Below, in pieces: positions 26,533 through 38,014 of a DNA stretch of 64,000 nt (positions are counted from its first letter, which is position 1; each line of letters begins with the position of its first letter). The notes below the pieces were generated by a model that had not been told where the DNA came from, made no database searches, and worked only from the letters and a program-made list of their open reading frames with translations. The position numbers were made by a program, and so were the translations under genes. The stretch comes from Acidobacteriota bacterium (GTDB lineage: Bacteria; Acidobacteriota; UBA6911; RPQK01; CBDAPI01), in NCBI GenBank assembly GCA_965205345.1, contig CBDBGQ010000024.1:253-64252 (forward strand), written 5' to 3'.

Positions 26533-27938
26533 TATTCCGTCTCCTGACTTCCCGGTCGGAACCGAAAAACCGCTGCCGAAAGGTCGAGTTGCTGCGCAGA
26601 GCTGAAGTGAGGGAAAGCGGCAATGACGAGGCCACCGTATGAGCTGATCCCGATGTAGTCACCGAAAAAAATGGACGAGTTGCACTCGAAAGGCTCCAGA
26701 TCGATCGGATGGTTAACAAAGGTCTGGCCGCCGTCGATGCTCCGAGCCAGTGTGACTCCCGTTCTGGTCCCGCTACCCGCTCGCCGGTCCAGAAAGACCA
26801 CATTCACCGAGCCGTCGACCGGATCGACGGCCATCCAGGTAAAGAACTGAGCTTTTCCGTTGGAAACCGAATCGTCATTGACCCGTAGAGGGGGCGACCA
26901 GATCTTCCCTCCATCCCGTGAATGGATCACGAAGCTATCCGGATCACCGTATCTCTCATCAGCCCAGTTCACGTAGAGACTTCCCCGGTATGGGCCCGTG
27001 CTAAGATCGACTCCGGTCACCGGCAGTCCATTCGCCCTGCCCAGCCCTTCGATCTCCAGATCCCAGCTTCCCGGCATCTCGGAGATCACACTGTCAGCGC
27101 CGAAAGTGAAACCGCCGTCGCGGGACACATCCAGGACCAGTCCCCGGGGACCGGCCCAGACCACGTAGACCTGACCTTCAGCGCCGACGGCAGGGACAGC
27201 GCCTTCAACCGTGCCGTCACTGTCCAGGCAATCTCCTCCCTGATCCGAGATCCGAATCGGTGAGGAGAAGCTTCGGCCCCGGTCAGGGGAGCGGGAGAAG
27301 TAAATGTGAGACTGATCCTCCGGGTCTTCACTGCCGTAGCGATCGAATCGAGTCCAGGCCAGGTACAGATGGTCCGCATGGGGCGATTCTGGGAGTGGGT
27401 CAGCCACCAGGTAAGGTTTGTCCTCGAAAGGTGTGATCGTGTTCTGATGGTCAATCACGGCTACCGGCGCGTTCCAGGTTTGGCCACCGTCTGAAGAGGA
27501 ACTCACGAAAATGCCGTTGCTTCGGGTTGGGGTTTCCTCCCGGAGCCCCAGGAACGAAACATAGGATCGGAAGGCCTGGCCTCTGCGATTGAAGACAACC
27601 GAGTCGTCCCCCTGCACCCGCCTCTCGGGGTTGAACGCCGCGCTGGATGACCAGGTCAGGCCCCCATCCTGGGAAACAAAGCTGAAGTTGGTTGAGCGGA
27701 TCTCCAATCCGCTCGCCAGTGAGACGGCAATCACGTTGCCGGGGCGGGCGGGATTGATAGCGAGAGATACTTCCGCCGGCAGTCCAGCCATGGAACGGCT
27801 CATCGATACAACTTCATGATTCCGTGCGAGAAGGAGGCCGGGGACCAGAGGCACAGCCAGCATGATGGCGAAGGCTAGCGCCGGCCGGAACCCTCTCAGG
27901 TTCGCGGAGAGACAGAAGTGCCTGGGACTGCTCTTCAT
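26532..27938 (-). CDS. Secreted sialidase-fold / BNR (Asp-box) repeat protein
   Basis: Multiple SxDGGxTW/F Asp boxes; DKP and FFGDY motifs. Confidence 0.8.
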   Translation of the reverse strand: MKSSPRHFCLSANLRGFRPALAFAIMLAVPLVPGLLLARNHEVVSMSRSMAGLPAEVSLAINPARPGNVIAVSLASGLEIRSTNFSFVSQDGGLTWSSSAAFNPERRVQGDDSVVFNRRGQAFRSYVSFLGLREETPTRSNGIFVSSSSDGGQTWNAPVAVIDHQNTITPFEDKPYLVADPLPESPHADHLYLAWTRFDRYGSEDPEDQSHIYFSRSPDRGRSFSSPIRISDQGGDCLDSDGTVEGAVPAVGAEGQVYVVWAGPRGLVLDVSRDGGFTFGADSVISEMPGSWDLEIEGLGRANGLPVTGVDLSTGPYRGSLYVNWADERYGDPDSFVIHSRDGGKIWSPPLRVNDDSVSNGKAQFFTWMAVDPVDGSVNVVFLDRRAGSGTRTGVTLARSIDGGQTFVNHPIDLEPFECNSSIFFGDYIGISSYGGLVIAAFPHFSSAQQLDLSAAVFRFRPGSQETE

Positions 27939-28012
27939 CTGAAGCAGTATAGCTGTCCCCCCGGAAAATCCCGTCCACCTTGTACCGCAATGACTTAAGC
28001 ATCTGGGACATC

Positions 28013-28567
28013 CTACTGCACCACAGAATCCGCCAGTTTAAGGAGCTGTGAGCTGATCACCAGTCCAGCCCGCTTCCCGGCACCCAGATTGATTTCGAAG
28101 CGGAGCTTGTTGTTTCGGATAACGAAATTGATGATCCCTCCCATTTGAACGAAGGGCTGCATCTCACCGATTGTCAGAACAGTCGAACCTGCGAGGGATT
28201 CCAAGGCTTTTTGCTGTTGATCCTGGGAAGATGATGTGATGAAGAGCATATGGCACCGGTCAAGATCCAACAGGCTGTTAAATCGCTTGATTGTGAGTCT
28301 CCTCCCTCCCACGGTCTTTCCCTCGAGGGACTGCAGCGCAGTACCGAATGGATCGTCACCCAAAACGCCCAGAATGAGCCTAGCCTCGTTATCCTCGAAA
28401 GCCTCTGACGGCCATGCTACGAACCTCGCAAAGTTGTATAAGAAGGCTGCTTTGATGCGATACTCGCGCAAGGGCCGGGGGTTGGGCTGGAGGGCCACAG
28501 CAGCCGAGGAGAACGAGATCATCAGAACCAGGCTTGCAACCGGAGCCGGCCTTAACGTCCACACCAT
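28013..28567 (-). CDS. YfiR-family (DUF4154) periplasmic protein
   Basis: EYRIKAAFLYNFARFVAWP, FEINL, ISSQLLKLA motifs. Confidence 0.9.
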   Translation of the reverse strand: MVWTLRPAPVASLVLMISFSSAAVALQPNPRPLREYRIKAAFLYNFARFVAWPSEAFEDNEARLILGVLGDDPFGTALQSLEGKTVGGRRLTIKRFNSLLDLDRCHMLFITSSSQDQQQKALESLAGSTVLTIGEMQPFVQMGGIINFVIRNNKLRFEINLGAGKRAGLVISSQLLKLADSVVQ

Positions 28568-29637
28568 TTAGAAAGTCCAATTCCAACCGGCGGTCAGTCG
28601 CCAGTCATTCTCGAGCTGGGGCCCATCCAGCGACTGGTACACCGGAATACCTGCCTCGATCGCCAACCGATTCCCCTTGAATTTTCCCTCCGGGCATACA
28701 GGTTCAAGCCCAGGACGAAGTCAGCCCGCTTTCCGCCACGCCGATTGGGATCAGCGGTGGGGACCATCGCCGGGTTCAATTCAGGATCCGCACCATCGAT
28801 ATTGCCCCAGATGAACCCCTCAATCTGAGCAGTCAGACTCGTCATTCTGGTCAACCGGCGGGTAAGCGAGGCATCGAGGTGAAGTCGATCCCCCAAGCTG
28901 TAATCGCGGCTGTTCTTTCCAAGCCGGATGGTACCTCTCACCTCGGTCAGCCAGGCCCAGTTTTCGGAATCGCCCAAATAGGCGAAGCCGGGAAGCAGGT
29001 CGAACGTGCCGGAACCCAGCTGCATGGGGTATGGAAGCTGCTGGTACCCCGCCGGCGTGTCATCTTTCTCGTCAATGGATCCGGTAGGAAAGCTTAAGCC
29101 CGGTATGACGAGGAGACGGTGCCCTCCTTTTTCCGCGTCACCATACACCGTGTATAACCCCAACAAGCTGATATCGCCTATTCCCTGGCTTTCAGTGGTG
29201 AACTGAACGCCTGACCGGGTCAGATGATCCATCGAAAGCCGGAGGTACGGGAACATAGCCATCAACGTAAGATCGTTCGACGGAGAATACATCACCTCGA
29301 ACATGTGCGCGGCCTTAGTCATTTCGGTAGGAGTGACTGGGAAATTCTGGAGGACGTCGCCCGCGGTTTGCCTGGTCGTGCCGTCTCGATTCCCCTGCAT
29401 GCTCATGAACATGAACCTGTAGCCAATCATCCATTCGCCCGCCAGGTGTGTATGGGTCCCCAGGACGCTGACTGCAAGGACATCCAGTTCCATCAACTCC
29501 TCGAGCGTCAAATCTGTGAGATCCGCCGGGGTTTCCTGAGTCTGCTGGGTCAGTAGCTGGGTGTTCGCCCAGGCGATTAGCATCGCCGCGAGCAGCAGTG
29601 GGACGAAAAGCCGTTTCAGGTTCAGACTTCGGATCAA
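28568..29637 (-). CDS. Outer-membrane beta-barrel (MetA-phenol-pathway 'transporter'-like), frameshift near 28692
   Basis: H..GEWMIGYRFM, GIGDI, PTGS, YPMQLGSGTFD motifs; restoring one C gives ...PQLENDWRLTAGWNWTF* (terminal Phe) ending at 28568. Confidence 0.72.
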
Positions 29638-29929
29638 GCTGTCCGGTCATTCTGGCTCCCTAGATGAGTGATTCCTAAATAGCATAGCAGTAAATTGTGG
29701 GGTTTAAGCGCCTCCGCCGAGAGTCTCTTCGAGACTGTTCCCAGCGAAGGGAGAGTACCACTGGCGACGCCCTCGGCCTTTCCCACTTGGTGAGTCCTTC
29801 CACACTCAACCCGACCAGTTCCCTGATCTCCTCTCGCATGGCCTCGCCGATTTGCTGACCGAGTTCACGAGGTCTACCCGATAACTTTCAGAGTCGGGAA
29901 ACGGATGGGTATTTTCACATCCGTGGTCA

Positions 29930-32900
29930 CTAGCGAATCACCTTCGGTGGAACCGCCGAAAAGAGGCTGATCCCACCGCCGCCCAGTGCGACGAAGACCA
30001 CCTGGGCGATCAACGGCTGGGTGGATGTCACGAGGATGTAGCCGTTCGCTTTACCTGCCGCATCGGGAGCCAGATCGGAAATCGACTTGTCGATTCGCTC
30101 TCCGGGTAAAAGCTTGAAACTGGATTCGCCCACCGACTCGCCGCTGGCCAGGATGACTTCAATCGTGATCTCCGTGTCGGGAGCTTCTCCTTGTGGGGAC
30201 GATCCGACATTGCCGGGATAGTAGAAGGCCAGTCCTGTAAAGAACAGGTTGGGGATGTCGGCAAACTGGCTGAAGATGGCCTCGGTGAAAGGTTCCGACT
30301 GGAGCGGCAGCGAGGCCGCAAAGCCCACATCTACAGGATCGCCAAAGATCACGTCACCACCAACTCCATCCCCGTCGGCCTCCACCTCCAGAGATCCGAC
30401 AAACTGACTCCCCTGGAGCCGGACGTCCGTTGAGGCGGCGGCTCCAAATTCGAAGATCTCGGACGCATCCGCGCTGAACTGGACCCCAGCAGCCAAGGTG
30501 ATCTTGACCGGATCACCGTCGATACCACCGTCTTCCCGCACAGCCGTCAGCTCGACGTTACGAGAACCAGCGGCCGTGTTGATCAGGTTGACATTGGTGA
30601 AGACATCCGACCGGGAAGCCAGTTGAGCCGAAAAAGAGCGGGTCGACGAATTGCCCGTCGAGGCATTCAATCCCAGAACCATGGGCCGATCGCTCAACTG
30701 CACGAGTTCGAAAGCCGCGACTCCTCCTCCCTCGGTCACCTCCCCGGCCACATATCCACCCGAGACGCTGCTGCCAAACAAATCCGAGGTCTTTTCATCC
30801 AGAAACGAGCGGGACGGGATCTTCCGGGTCGCCTGGCGGGGCAGACCCAGTGGGCCGTCCTCCGGCGGAAAGTAGTTCAAATCGACGGTCACCGGCTCGT
30901 CGCCCGGATTGAGGACGGTCAACCGGGTGGTGGCATCCTGTCCCCGGAAAGCGGCGGGTCCGTCAAAGACCCGCTGAAAGAAGAATTTTGTGGCCAGGTT
31001 CTCAATCGCCACTCCGCCGTCCAACTGGGTCAGAGTACCGGAACCGAACTGAAAGAAACTGGCCATGTCGGGATTGTCGCTGGTGAGTTCGATCCAGGCC
31101 GGGTTGGGATCTTCGCCACCAAAGATGTTGCTGCGCAAATCGGCAAACTGTTCACCGGCTGGAAGCTCCAGGTCAATCTGCTGGTTGGCTCCCAGCGGTT
31201 GCAAGTCTCCATGGTCTGAGAGCCCCGCCTTCCCGGACGTCGAGTCACCGATGGCTTCCAGAGTCACGCTGGCGCCTTGTCCCGAGTAGTTGGAAAGCGC
31301 CACTCCATCGAAAAGCCCCCCGATTCCCGCCGGGTCCCCGGCCGCAAAGAGCCACAGGGGCGAGACACCCTCATAGCGGAAGACGCTGCTGTAACCGGGT
31401 GCGGCATAGACGCGCTTCGGATCGGCAGGATTAATCTCCAGGGTCTGGATTGTGACATCGGGTAGGCCCGGGCTGAATTCCGCCCATGTGGCTCCTCCGT
31501 CCTCGCTCATGAACACACCACTGGCGTTCGTTCCCGCGTACACAACGGACGAATTGAAAGGATCGATGGCCAGGGCCCACACCCGGTTCGACTGGGGGAT
31601 GGGGGTATCGAGAGTCACCCAGCTGGCGGCGGCGTCCGTACTCTTTTGGAGTATCCCGCCGAACCCGCCCGCATAGAGAGTGGAAGGATCCCCGCGATCG
31701 ATCTCCAGAGCAAGAACCTCAAACGTGATCTCAAAACCAGTACTGGATTCCGCCCAGGTGTCTCCTCCGTTGGTGGTCTTATATATTCCCGCATTCTCGG
31801 GGGAGCCGATCCGGGGACTCGATGCGGCGTAAACCGTTTCACCATCGGAGGGATCCACAGCCAGAGCCTTGTATTCGACGGTGTTGGGGAGACCGTTCGC
31901 GGCCAGTGTCCAGTCCCGCCCCTGGTTGGTGCTCTTGGAAACAATTGAGCTGGTACCCGCATAGAGAGTCGAAGGATTGGTTGGATGGATCCCCCCAGCT
32001 CATACACAATCCCCAGGACGTTGGCTGCATTCCAGGTCTCTGCGCCGTCGTTGCTCCAGAAGATGCCCCCGGCGAACTCCGTTCCCACGTAGACATTCAA
32101 GGGGTTCACGGGGTCGACCAGAATGTCACGGATTTGCGTGAAACCGCTCAGATTGGAATCTTGCTTCGATTCCCAGGTCTGGCCGCCGTCGGTCGACTTG
32201 TAAACACCGCCTCGCCCTGCCCCTGTATAAATGATGGATGGATCCTGAGAATCGAATGCGATCGAGTTGATTTGGAGATTCCGGATCCCTGGGTTGGACA
32301 CCACCCAATCGGTCCCCCCGTTGCTGCTCTTGAAAAGCCCTTCGAACCCATTCCCGCCGGCATAGAGGGTCAGAGGATCATCTGGATCAATCGCTATGGA
32401 GTGCACTTGAACCTGGGCGAAAAGGTCGTCGTCCTGCTCGATCCAGGAGTCTCCGCTGTCGGTACTCTTTATCACCGCGTCGCTGGTGGCGTAGACCGTC
32501 GCGGAGTTCGACGGATCGAGCACCACAGATTCGACGACTGATACCGGGGTATTCAACACGGACCAACTGTCGCCACCGTTGGTCGTCTTGAAAAGTCCGT
32601 TGTCGGTGGCCGCATAGACGATATCCGGGTTGGTCGGATGAACAGTTATTTCGTTAAAAACTGAGGCGTCGTCGAGCCCAGTGTTGAACAGGTTCCAAGT
32701 ATCGCCGGCATCCGTGCTCTTGTAGAGTGAGTTGAAGCCCGCCCCCAGATAAACGATCGAGGAGTTGGAGGGGGCAACCGCCAGCGCATTAGCGCGCCCC
32801 AAACCCCCTCCGTCGAGCACCATTGTCCAACTGTTCGCAGCGTCGCTGCTCTTGAACACACCTCGGCCGCCGGTCCCTGCGTAGAGAGTGGACGGGTTGG

Positions 32901-33324
32901 ACGGGTCGACGGCCAGTGCTTCGATGACGTTGTCGGTGAGCCCCTGCCTCGCCGCTGCCCAGGAATGGGCTCCATCCGTGCTCTTGAACACGCCAGTGCC
33001 GCCAGTTCCAATATAGAGTATCTCCGGCGTGACCGGATCAATGGCCATCTCCTGGATCTGCAGGGCAGACTGGTTCAGCGGGATGCCGCTATTCATCGCC
33101 GTCCAGCTGGCACCGGCGTCGGTACTCTTGAAGACTCCCCCGCGGATGGTTCCCGCGTAAAGGGTGGAAGGAGTCTCAGGATTGAGAACCAGGACGTTGA
33201 CCCATCCTCCATCGGGTCCCAAAGAGGCCCATTGGCCCGCCGCCGGGGCGGTCATGGACCCTGTCAGCAGACCGAAGAGAAGGATGAATCGAAGGAATCT
33301 CCTTCGTGCGGGAAAATGGACCAT
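29930..33324 (-). CDS. Large secreted BNR/VPS10-like beta-propeller protein with repeated C-terminal beta domains (frameshift at ~31991-31996)
   Basis: Many DPxxPxxxYAG..GVFKSTDxGxxW repeats across ORFs 31615-33396 and 29930-31858. Confidence 0.8.
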
Positions 33325-33518
33325 GTTATTGCTTCCCTTTTCTGCGAGAATCCAGTGAATTCGAGGATCGGCGGCCAGGGCTTGATCCGGGCCCACGATG
33401 GGAGCTAGTTGTATGCACTTGATCGTGAACTGTCAAACAGGCTCGTTTCCACTCAACCCGTTTCCTTTACAGCCTTTGACCTCTCTGACAGAATCGGGGC
33501 GATTTGTGGGAGGCTGAA

Positions 33519-36500
33519 ATGAGGTGTATGTCACTGCTTACTTCGATGGTCAAGGTCCTGGTCCTGGTCCAGGTTTGTACGGCAGTCCGCGCGCAGGTAG
33601 ATGTCGATAATCCCAACATCACGATCAGTCCCGGGGTGCTCGAGGGCCTCAGGTATCGGCTGATCGGCCCCACCCGAGGAGGACGCGTAACTGCCGTGAC
33701 GGGGTTTCCCAATCACCTTCATCGCTTCCTAATGGGAAGCACGGGAGGGGGTGTCTGGCAGACCGATGATGCGGGTCAGAACTGGGCCAACATATCCGAC
33801 AAATTCTTCAAGGTCGGCTCCATTGGAGCTATAGCAGTGGCCGACTCGGATCCGAACGTCGTTTACGTTGGAACCGGGTCCAGTCAGCCGCGGGGAAACA
33901 TCTCGCCCGGCATCGGAGTCTACAGATCGCTGGATGGAGGCGATAGCTGGGAACACGTCGGACTTGAAGAGGCGGGTCAAATCGGGCGCATCCGTGTCCA
34001 CCCTCGCAACCCGAATCTGGTCTATGTCGCCGCCCTGGGCCACATCTTTGGACCCAACCAGGAACGGGGAGTGTATCGATCCAGGGACGGTGGGAGTACC
34101 TGGGAGCGCGTTCACCATATCAGCGACCGGACCGGCGCTGTCGATCTGGCCATGAATCCAAAGAATCCGCGCATCCTTTATGCGGGCTTCTGGACAGCGG
34201 AGCGGAAGCCATGGACCATGATCAGCGGCAGCGAAGAAGGGGGAGTCTTCAAGACAACGGACGGAGGAGACAGCTGGGAAAAACTGAGCGGCGGGCTTCC
34301 CGAAGGGCTCGTGGGCAAGGTTGGGGTCGCAGTCTCACCGGTCAATCCCGATCGAGTCTGGGTCCTCATTGAAGCCGAGGCGGGTGGAGTCTATCGGAGT
34401 GAAGATGCTGGGAAGTCGTGGAGAGCCGTGAACACGCAGCGGATGCTGAGGCAACGAGCCTTCTATTACACGAGGATTTACGCTGACCCGCTGGATGCCG
34501 ACACGACCTACGCCCTGAACACCTGGTTCTACAAATCGATCGATGGTGGGCGGACCTTCGAGCAGATCCAGGTTCCCCATGGAGATTGCCACGATTTGTG
34601 GCTCAATCCAACGGATTCCCGAATCATGATTCTTGCGGATGACGGCGGTGCCCAAGTCACTTTGACCGGGGGCCGATCCTGGTCACCTCTCACGAACCAG
34701 CCCACTTCAGAGATTTACCGCTTGACCGTTGACAATCAGTTTCCGTATCGGGTCTACGGGGCTCAACAGGACAGCAGTACGATTTCTCTGCCCAGCAAGC
34801 CACTGAGCGGGCTCACTCCGTCACAGCACTGGAAGTCAGTGGGCGGATGTGAAAGTGGCCATATCGCCATCGATCCCCGTGACCCGGACATTGTCTATGC
34901 CGGCTGCTATGGAGGATCTATCTCCCGGACCAATCTGCGAACCGGAGAAAGTCGGGCTATCCTCGTCTATCCTCAGCTGCAGCTCGGCCAGGCTTCCCAC
35001 GACCTGAAGCATCGATTCCAGTGGAATGCTCCAATCCGGATTTCACCCCACGATCCAGATGTCATTTATCACACCTCTCAGGTCGTCCACAGGTCTCGAA
35101 ATGCAGGCCAGAGCTGGACCGAGATCAGCGGTGATCTGACTCGCAACGACAAGACTAAGCAGCAGCCCGGCGGCGAACCCATCACCCGCGATAACACGGG
35201 AGTGGAAGTCTACGGAACCGTCTTTGCCTTCGAAGAATCACCCCATCAGAAGGGACTCCTCTGGGCAGGCTCCGATGACGGTCTGGTCCACATTTCACGA
35301 AACGGAGGAGAGAACTGGGAAAGCGTCACCCCTGCCGGGCTGCCCGAGTGGGGGACAGTCAACATGATCGAGCTCTCCGCTCATGATGCCGGGCGGGCCC
35401 TGATCGCAGTCCAGCGCTACCGGATGGACGACTTTGCCCCTTACATCTTTCGCACCAACGACTACGGCAAGACCTGGGACCGTCTCACCGATGGATCCAA
35501 CGGGATTCCCGGTAATCATTTTGTGCGAGTCGTCCGGGAAGATCCCGATCGAAAGGGGCTTCTTTATGCCGGAACCGAGTTCGGATTGTATGTGTCTTTC
35601 GACGACGGAGCCCACTGGCAGTCGCTGCAGCTCAACCTTCCCGTCACCCCGGTCACCGATCTGGCGGTTCATCAGAAGGACCTCGTGGTTGCCACCCAGG
35701 GCCGGGCCTTCTGGATTTTGGACAATCTCACCGTGCTTCACCGGGTGGATCGCTCCGTGGACACTTCGGTTCCCCATTTGTTCAGTCCGCGTCGAGCCGT
35801 CCGGGCGATGTTCGGGGGAGGTGCCTCGAGCGGCGCAGCGGTGGACTTCTATCTGCCCGAAGAACCGGGTGAGCAGGAGGTGAAACTGGAGATTCTCGAC
35901 TCTCAGGGACAGCTGATTCGAGACTATTCCAGCCAGGCGGCCAAGAGTCCGTCAGATTACCAGGGTCGCGCTCCTGATCCATCCGGCCCCGGTCGCCTTG
36001 AAGCCGTGAAGGGTCTCAACCGATTCGTCTGGAACTTTCGGTATCCGGGACCCAACCCGGCACGAGACGCAGTCGTCTGGTGGGAGTCCCCGCCAGGACC
36101 AGCGGTTCTTCCCGGCACTTATCAGGTCAGACTCACGATCGGTGACTGGCAGCAGATCCAATCCCTGGAGCTCGTGAATGATCCCCGAGGCTCCTCCGCG
36201 CGCGTCGACCTGGAGGAGCAGTTCAACCTCTCCATGGAGATTCTCGAGGAGCTGAACAGCGTCTACGAGGAAATCCGAAAGATCCGCAGCGTCCGGGAGC
36301 AGACGGCGGATCTGGCCGGGCGGATGGCGGAATCCGGCTATGGCAACGAGGCGAAACAGCTTGCCCGGGAGTTGGGCGAGAAACTGACCGAGATCGAGGG
36401 GCAGCTCATGCAGACCCGGAACGAAAGCCCCCAGGATCCCCTCAACTTCCCCCCCATGCTGGACAACCAGATCGCTTACCTTCTGGATTACGTAGCTTCG

Positions 36501-36668
36501 TCCCCAACTCGCCCTACGGACGGGGCCAGGACCCGCTTTGAGGACCTGAAGAAGGAACACGCTGCGCTGAGCGCCGATCTGGAAAGTGTCTTGCGCAAGG
36601 AGTTGGCGGTGTTCAACAAGCTGGTGGCGGAGAAGCAGGTTCCAACAGTCCTGGTTCCGGAGAATTAA
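33519..36668 (+). CDS. Secreted VPS10/sortilin-like BNR-repeat glycosyl hydrolase-like protein
   Basis: RLIGPTRGGRVTAV, repeated SxDGGxxW, HGDCHD, RFQWNAP, GSDDG, LYAGTEFG; coiled C-terminus. Confidence 0.85.
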   Translation: MRCMSLLTSMVKVLVLVQVCTAVRAQVDVDNPNITISPGVLEGLRYRLIGPTRGGRVTAVTGFPNHLHRFLMGSTGGGVWQTDDAGQNWANISDKFFKVGSIGAIAVADSDPNVVYVGTGSSQPRGNISPGIGVYRSLDGGDSWEHVGLEEAGQIGRIRVHPRNPNLVYVAALGHIFGPNQERGVYRSRDGGSTWERVHHISDRTGAVDLAMNPKNPRILYAGFWTAERKPWTMISGSEEGGVFKTTDGGDSWEKLSGGLPEGLVGKVGVAVSPVNPDRVWVLIEAEAGGVYRSEDAGKSWRAVNTQRMLRQRAFYYTRIYADPLDADTTYALNTWFYKSIDGGRTFEQIQVPHGDCHDLWLNPTDSRIMILADDGGAQVTLTGGRSWSPLTNQPTSEIYRLTVDNQFPYRVYGAQQDSSTISLPSKPLSGLTPSQHWKSVGGCESGHIAIDPRDPDIVYAGCYGGSISRTNLRTGESRAILVYPQLQLGQASHDLKHRFQWNAPIRISPHDPDVIYHTSQVVHRSRNAGQSWTEISGDLTRNDKTKQQPGGEPITRDNTGVEVYGTVFAFEESPHQKGLLWAGSDDGLVHISRNGGENWESVTPAGLPEWGTVNMIELSAHDAGRALIAVQRYRMDDFAPYIFRTNDYGKTWDRLTDGSNGIPGNHFVRVVREDPDRKGLLYAGTEFGLYVSFDDGAHWQSLQLNLPVTPVTDLAVHQKDLVVATQGRAFWILDNLTVLHRVDRSVDTSVPHLFSPRRAVRAMFGGGASSGAAVDFYLPEEPGEQEVKLEILDSQGQLIRDYSSQAAKSPSDYQGRAPDPSGPGRLEAVKGLNRFVWNFRYPGPNPARDAVVWWESPPGPAVLPGTYQVRLTIGDWQQIQSLELVNDPRGSSARVDLEEQFNLSMEILEELNSVYEEIRKIRSVREQTADLAGRMAESGYGNEAKQLARELGEKLTEIEGQLMQTRNESPQDPLNFPPMLDNQIAYLLDYVASSPTRPTDGARTRFEDLKKEHAALSADLESVLRKELAVFNKLVAEKQVPTVLVPEN

Positions 36669-36704
36669 TAGGGGCCGGTCCATTAGGCCTGAGGCCCCTC
36701 CCAC
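36669..36704. repeat. GTGG-footed REP-like sequence
   Basis: CTGAGGCCCCTCCCAC (36689-36704) matches 26449-26464 in reverse; between convergent genes. Confidence 0.55.
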
Positions 36705-36731
36705 TTTTCACCTGATCTGCAGGCGCCTCAG

Positions 36732-37976
36732 TCAGCCCTTGGCCTGGAGCTCGGCGGCGACGCGTTCTACTTCGCTCCAGACCCGCAGCAGGTTTCCGGA
36801 GCAGATCTTTTCGATCTCTTCCTCGTTGTAGCCGCGATCCAGCAGTTGGGCGATCAGATTCGGGTAAAAGGAGACATCCCTCAATCCAGTGGGTGTCGTG
36901 TCGCCAACACCATCAAAATCTGAACCGAAACCAACATGGTCAATCCCGACCAGCTTCCTGACATGATCGATGTGGTCGACCACCTGTGACACAGTGGCCC
37001 GCTGCAACGGATTCTCCTGTTCAAATTGCCGGATCTGCTCTTGCGCCCGGGGATGAGTGCGCGTCAGTCCGTTTTGGCGCAGCTGTTCGTCGATGGCCTG
37101 GTTGCGCTGCGCGTGTCCGAGGCGATAGACATTGCTGATGAACGAGGAGCCGAAGGCGATCTGAATCACGCCGCCGTTGCGCGCCAGCTTCTGGATCATG
37201 TCGTCGCTCATATTCCGTTCCCAACCTGGAGTGAAGTGTCGGCAGGAGGAGTGGGAGGCGATAACGGGAGCCTTTGTCAGAGTGACTACCTGATGGAAAG
37301 CATCGTCCGAGAGGTGAGAAATGTCGATCATGATGCCCAGGCGGTTCATTTCTTTGACCACTTTCCTGCCGAAGGGACTCAACCCCTGCCAGCGGCGATT
37401 CGAATCGTAGGAGGAGTCACTGATGTGGTTGGCGCGCGAGTGGGTCAAAGTTATGTAGCGTATGCCTCGCTCGTAGAAATGCTCCAGGTTGTCGAGACTT
37501 CCTTCGATTGGAGCTCCATTCTCCATGCCCATGGGCAGGGCAACTTTGCCGTCTTGAAAAGCCGAACGAACCTCAGCCACGGAACGAGCCACAACGAACT
37601 TGTCTGGCCACTTTTCTTGAAAGCCCTCGACCATATCGATCAGCTTGTCTGCATACTCCTTCGCTCCTCCCGACTCCTGGTAGCTGGCCGAAACATAGAT
37701 GGACATGAAGGGAGCGTCGAGGCCGCCTTCCCTGGCCCTGGGGTAATCGAAATCGCCACCGCGCGTCCGAACCGAGATGTCCTCCATTCTCTGGTCCAGG
37801 CGGTTGGGAATGTCTACATGGGTATCGGCGATCAGGAACTGCCGGGCCAGCCGGAGACTGCTTTCCAGGCTTGTTTCGGGAGACATTGCAGCGGGCGTGT
37901 GGGTGGCACCGTCAGCACACCCCGGAAATGCTATCAAAAGAATCATCGACAGAACGATCCCGGTCCAGTTGTGCAT
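36732..37976 (-). CDS. Membrane dipeptidase (peptidase M19)
   Basis: DTHVD, MGMENG, TLTH, IDISH, IASHS, GSDFDG motifs. Confidence 0.92.
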   Translation of the reverse strand: MHNWTGIVLSMILLIAFPGCADGATHTPAAMSPETSLESSLRLARQFLIADTHVDIPNRLDQRMEDISVRTRGGDFDYPRAREGGLDAPFMSIYVSASYQESGGAKEYADKLIDMVEGFQEKWPDKFVVARSVAEVRSAFQDGKVALPMGMENGAPIEGSLDNLEHFYERGIRYITLTHSRANHISDSSYDSNRRWQGLSPFGRKVVKEMNRLGIMIDISHLSDDAFHQVVTLTKAPVIASHSSCRHFTPGWERNMSDDMIQKLARNGGVIQIAFGSSFISNVYRLGHAQRNQAIDEQLRQNGLTRTHPRAQEQIRQFEQENPLQRATVSQVVDHIDHVRKLVGIDHVGFGSDFDGVGDTTPTGLRDVSFYPNLIAQLLDRGYNEEEIEKICSGNLLRVWSEVERVAAELQAKG

Positions 37977-38014
37977 GGCCAGCTCCCGGAGATGGTAGCA
38001 CGGGGAGGAATACG

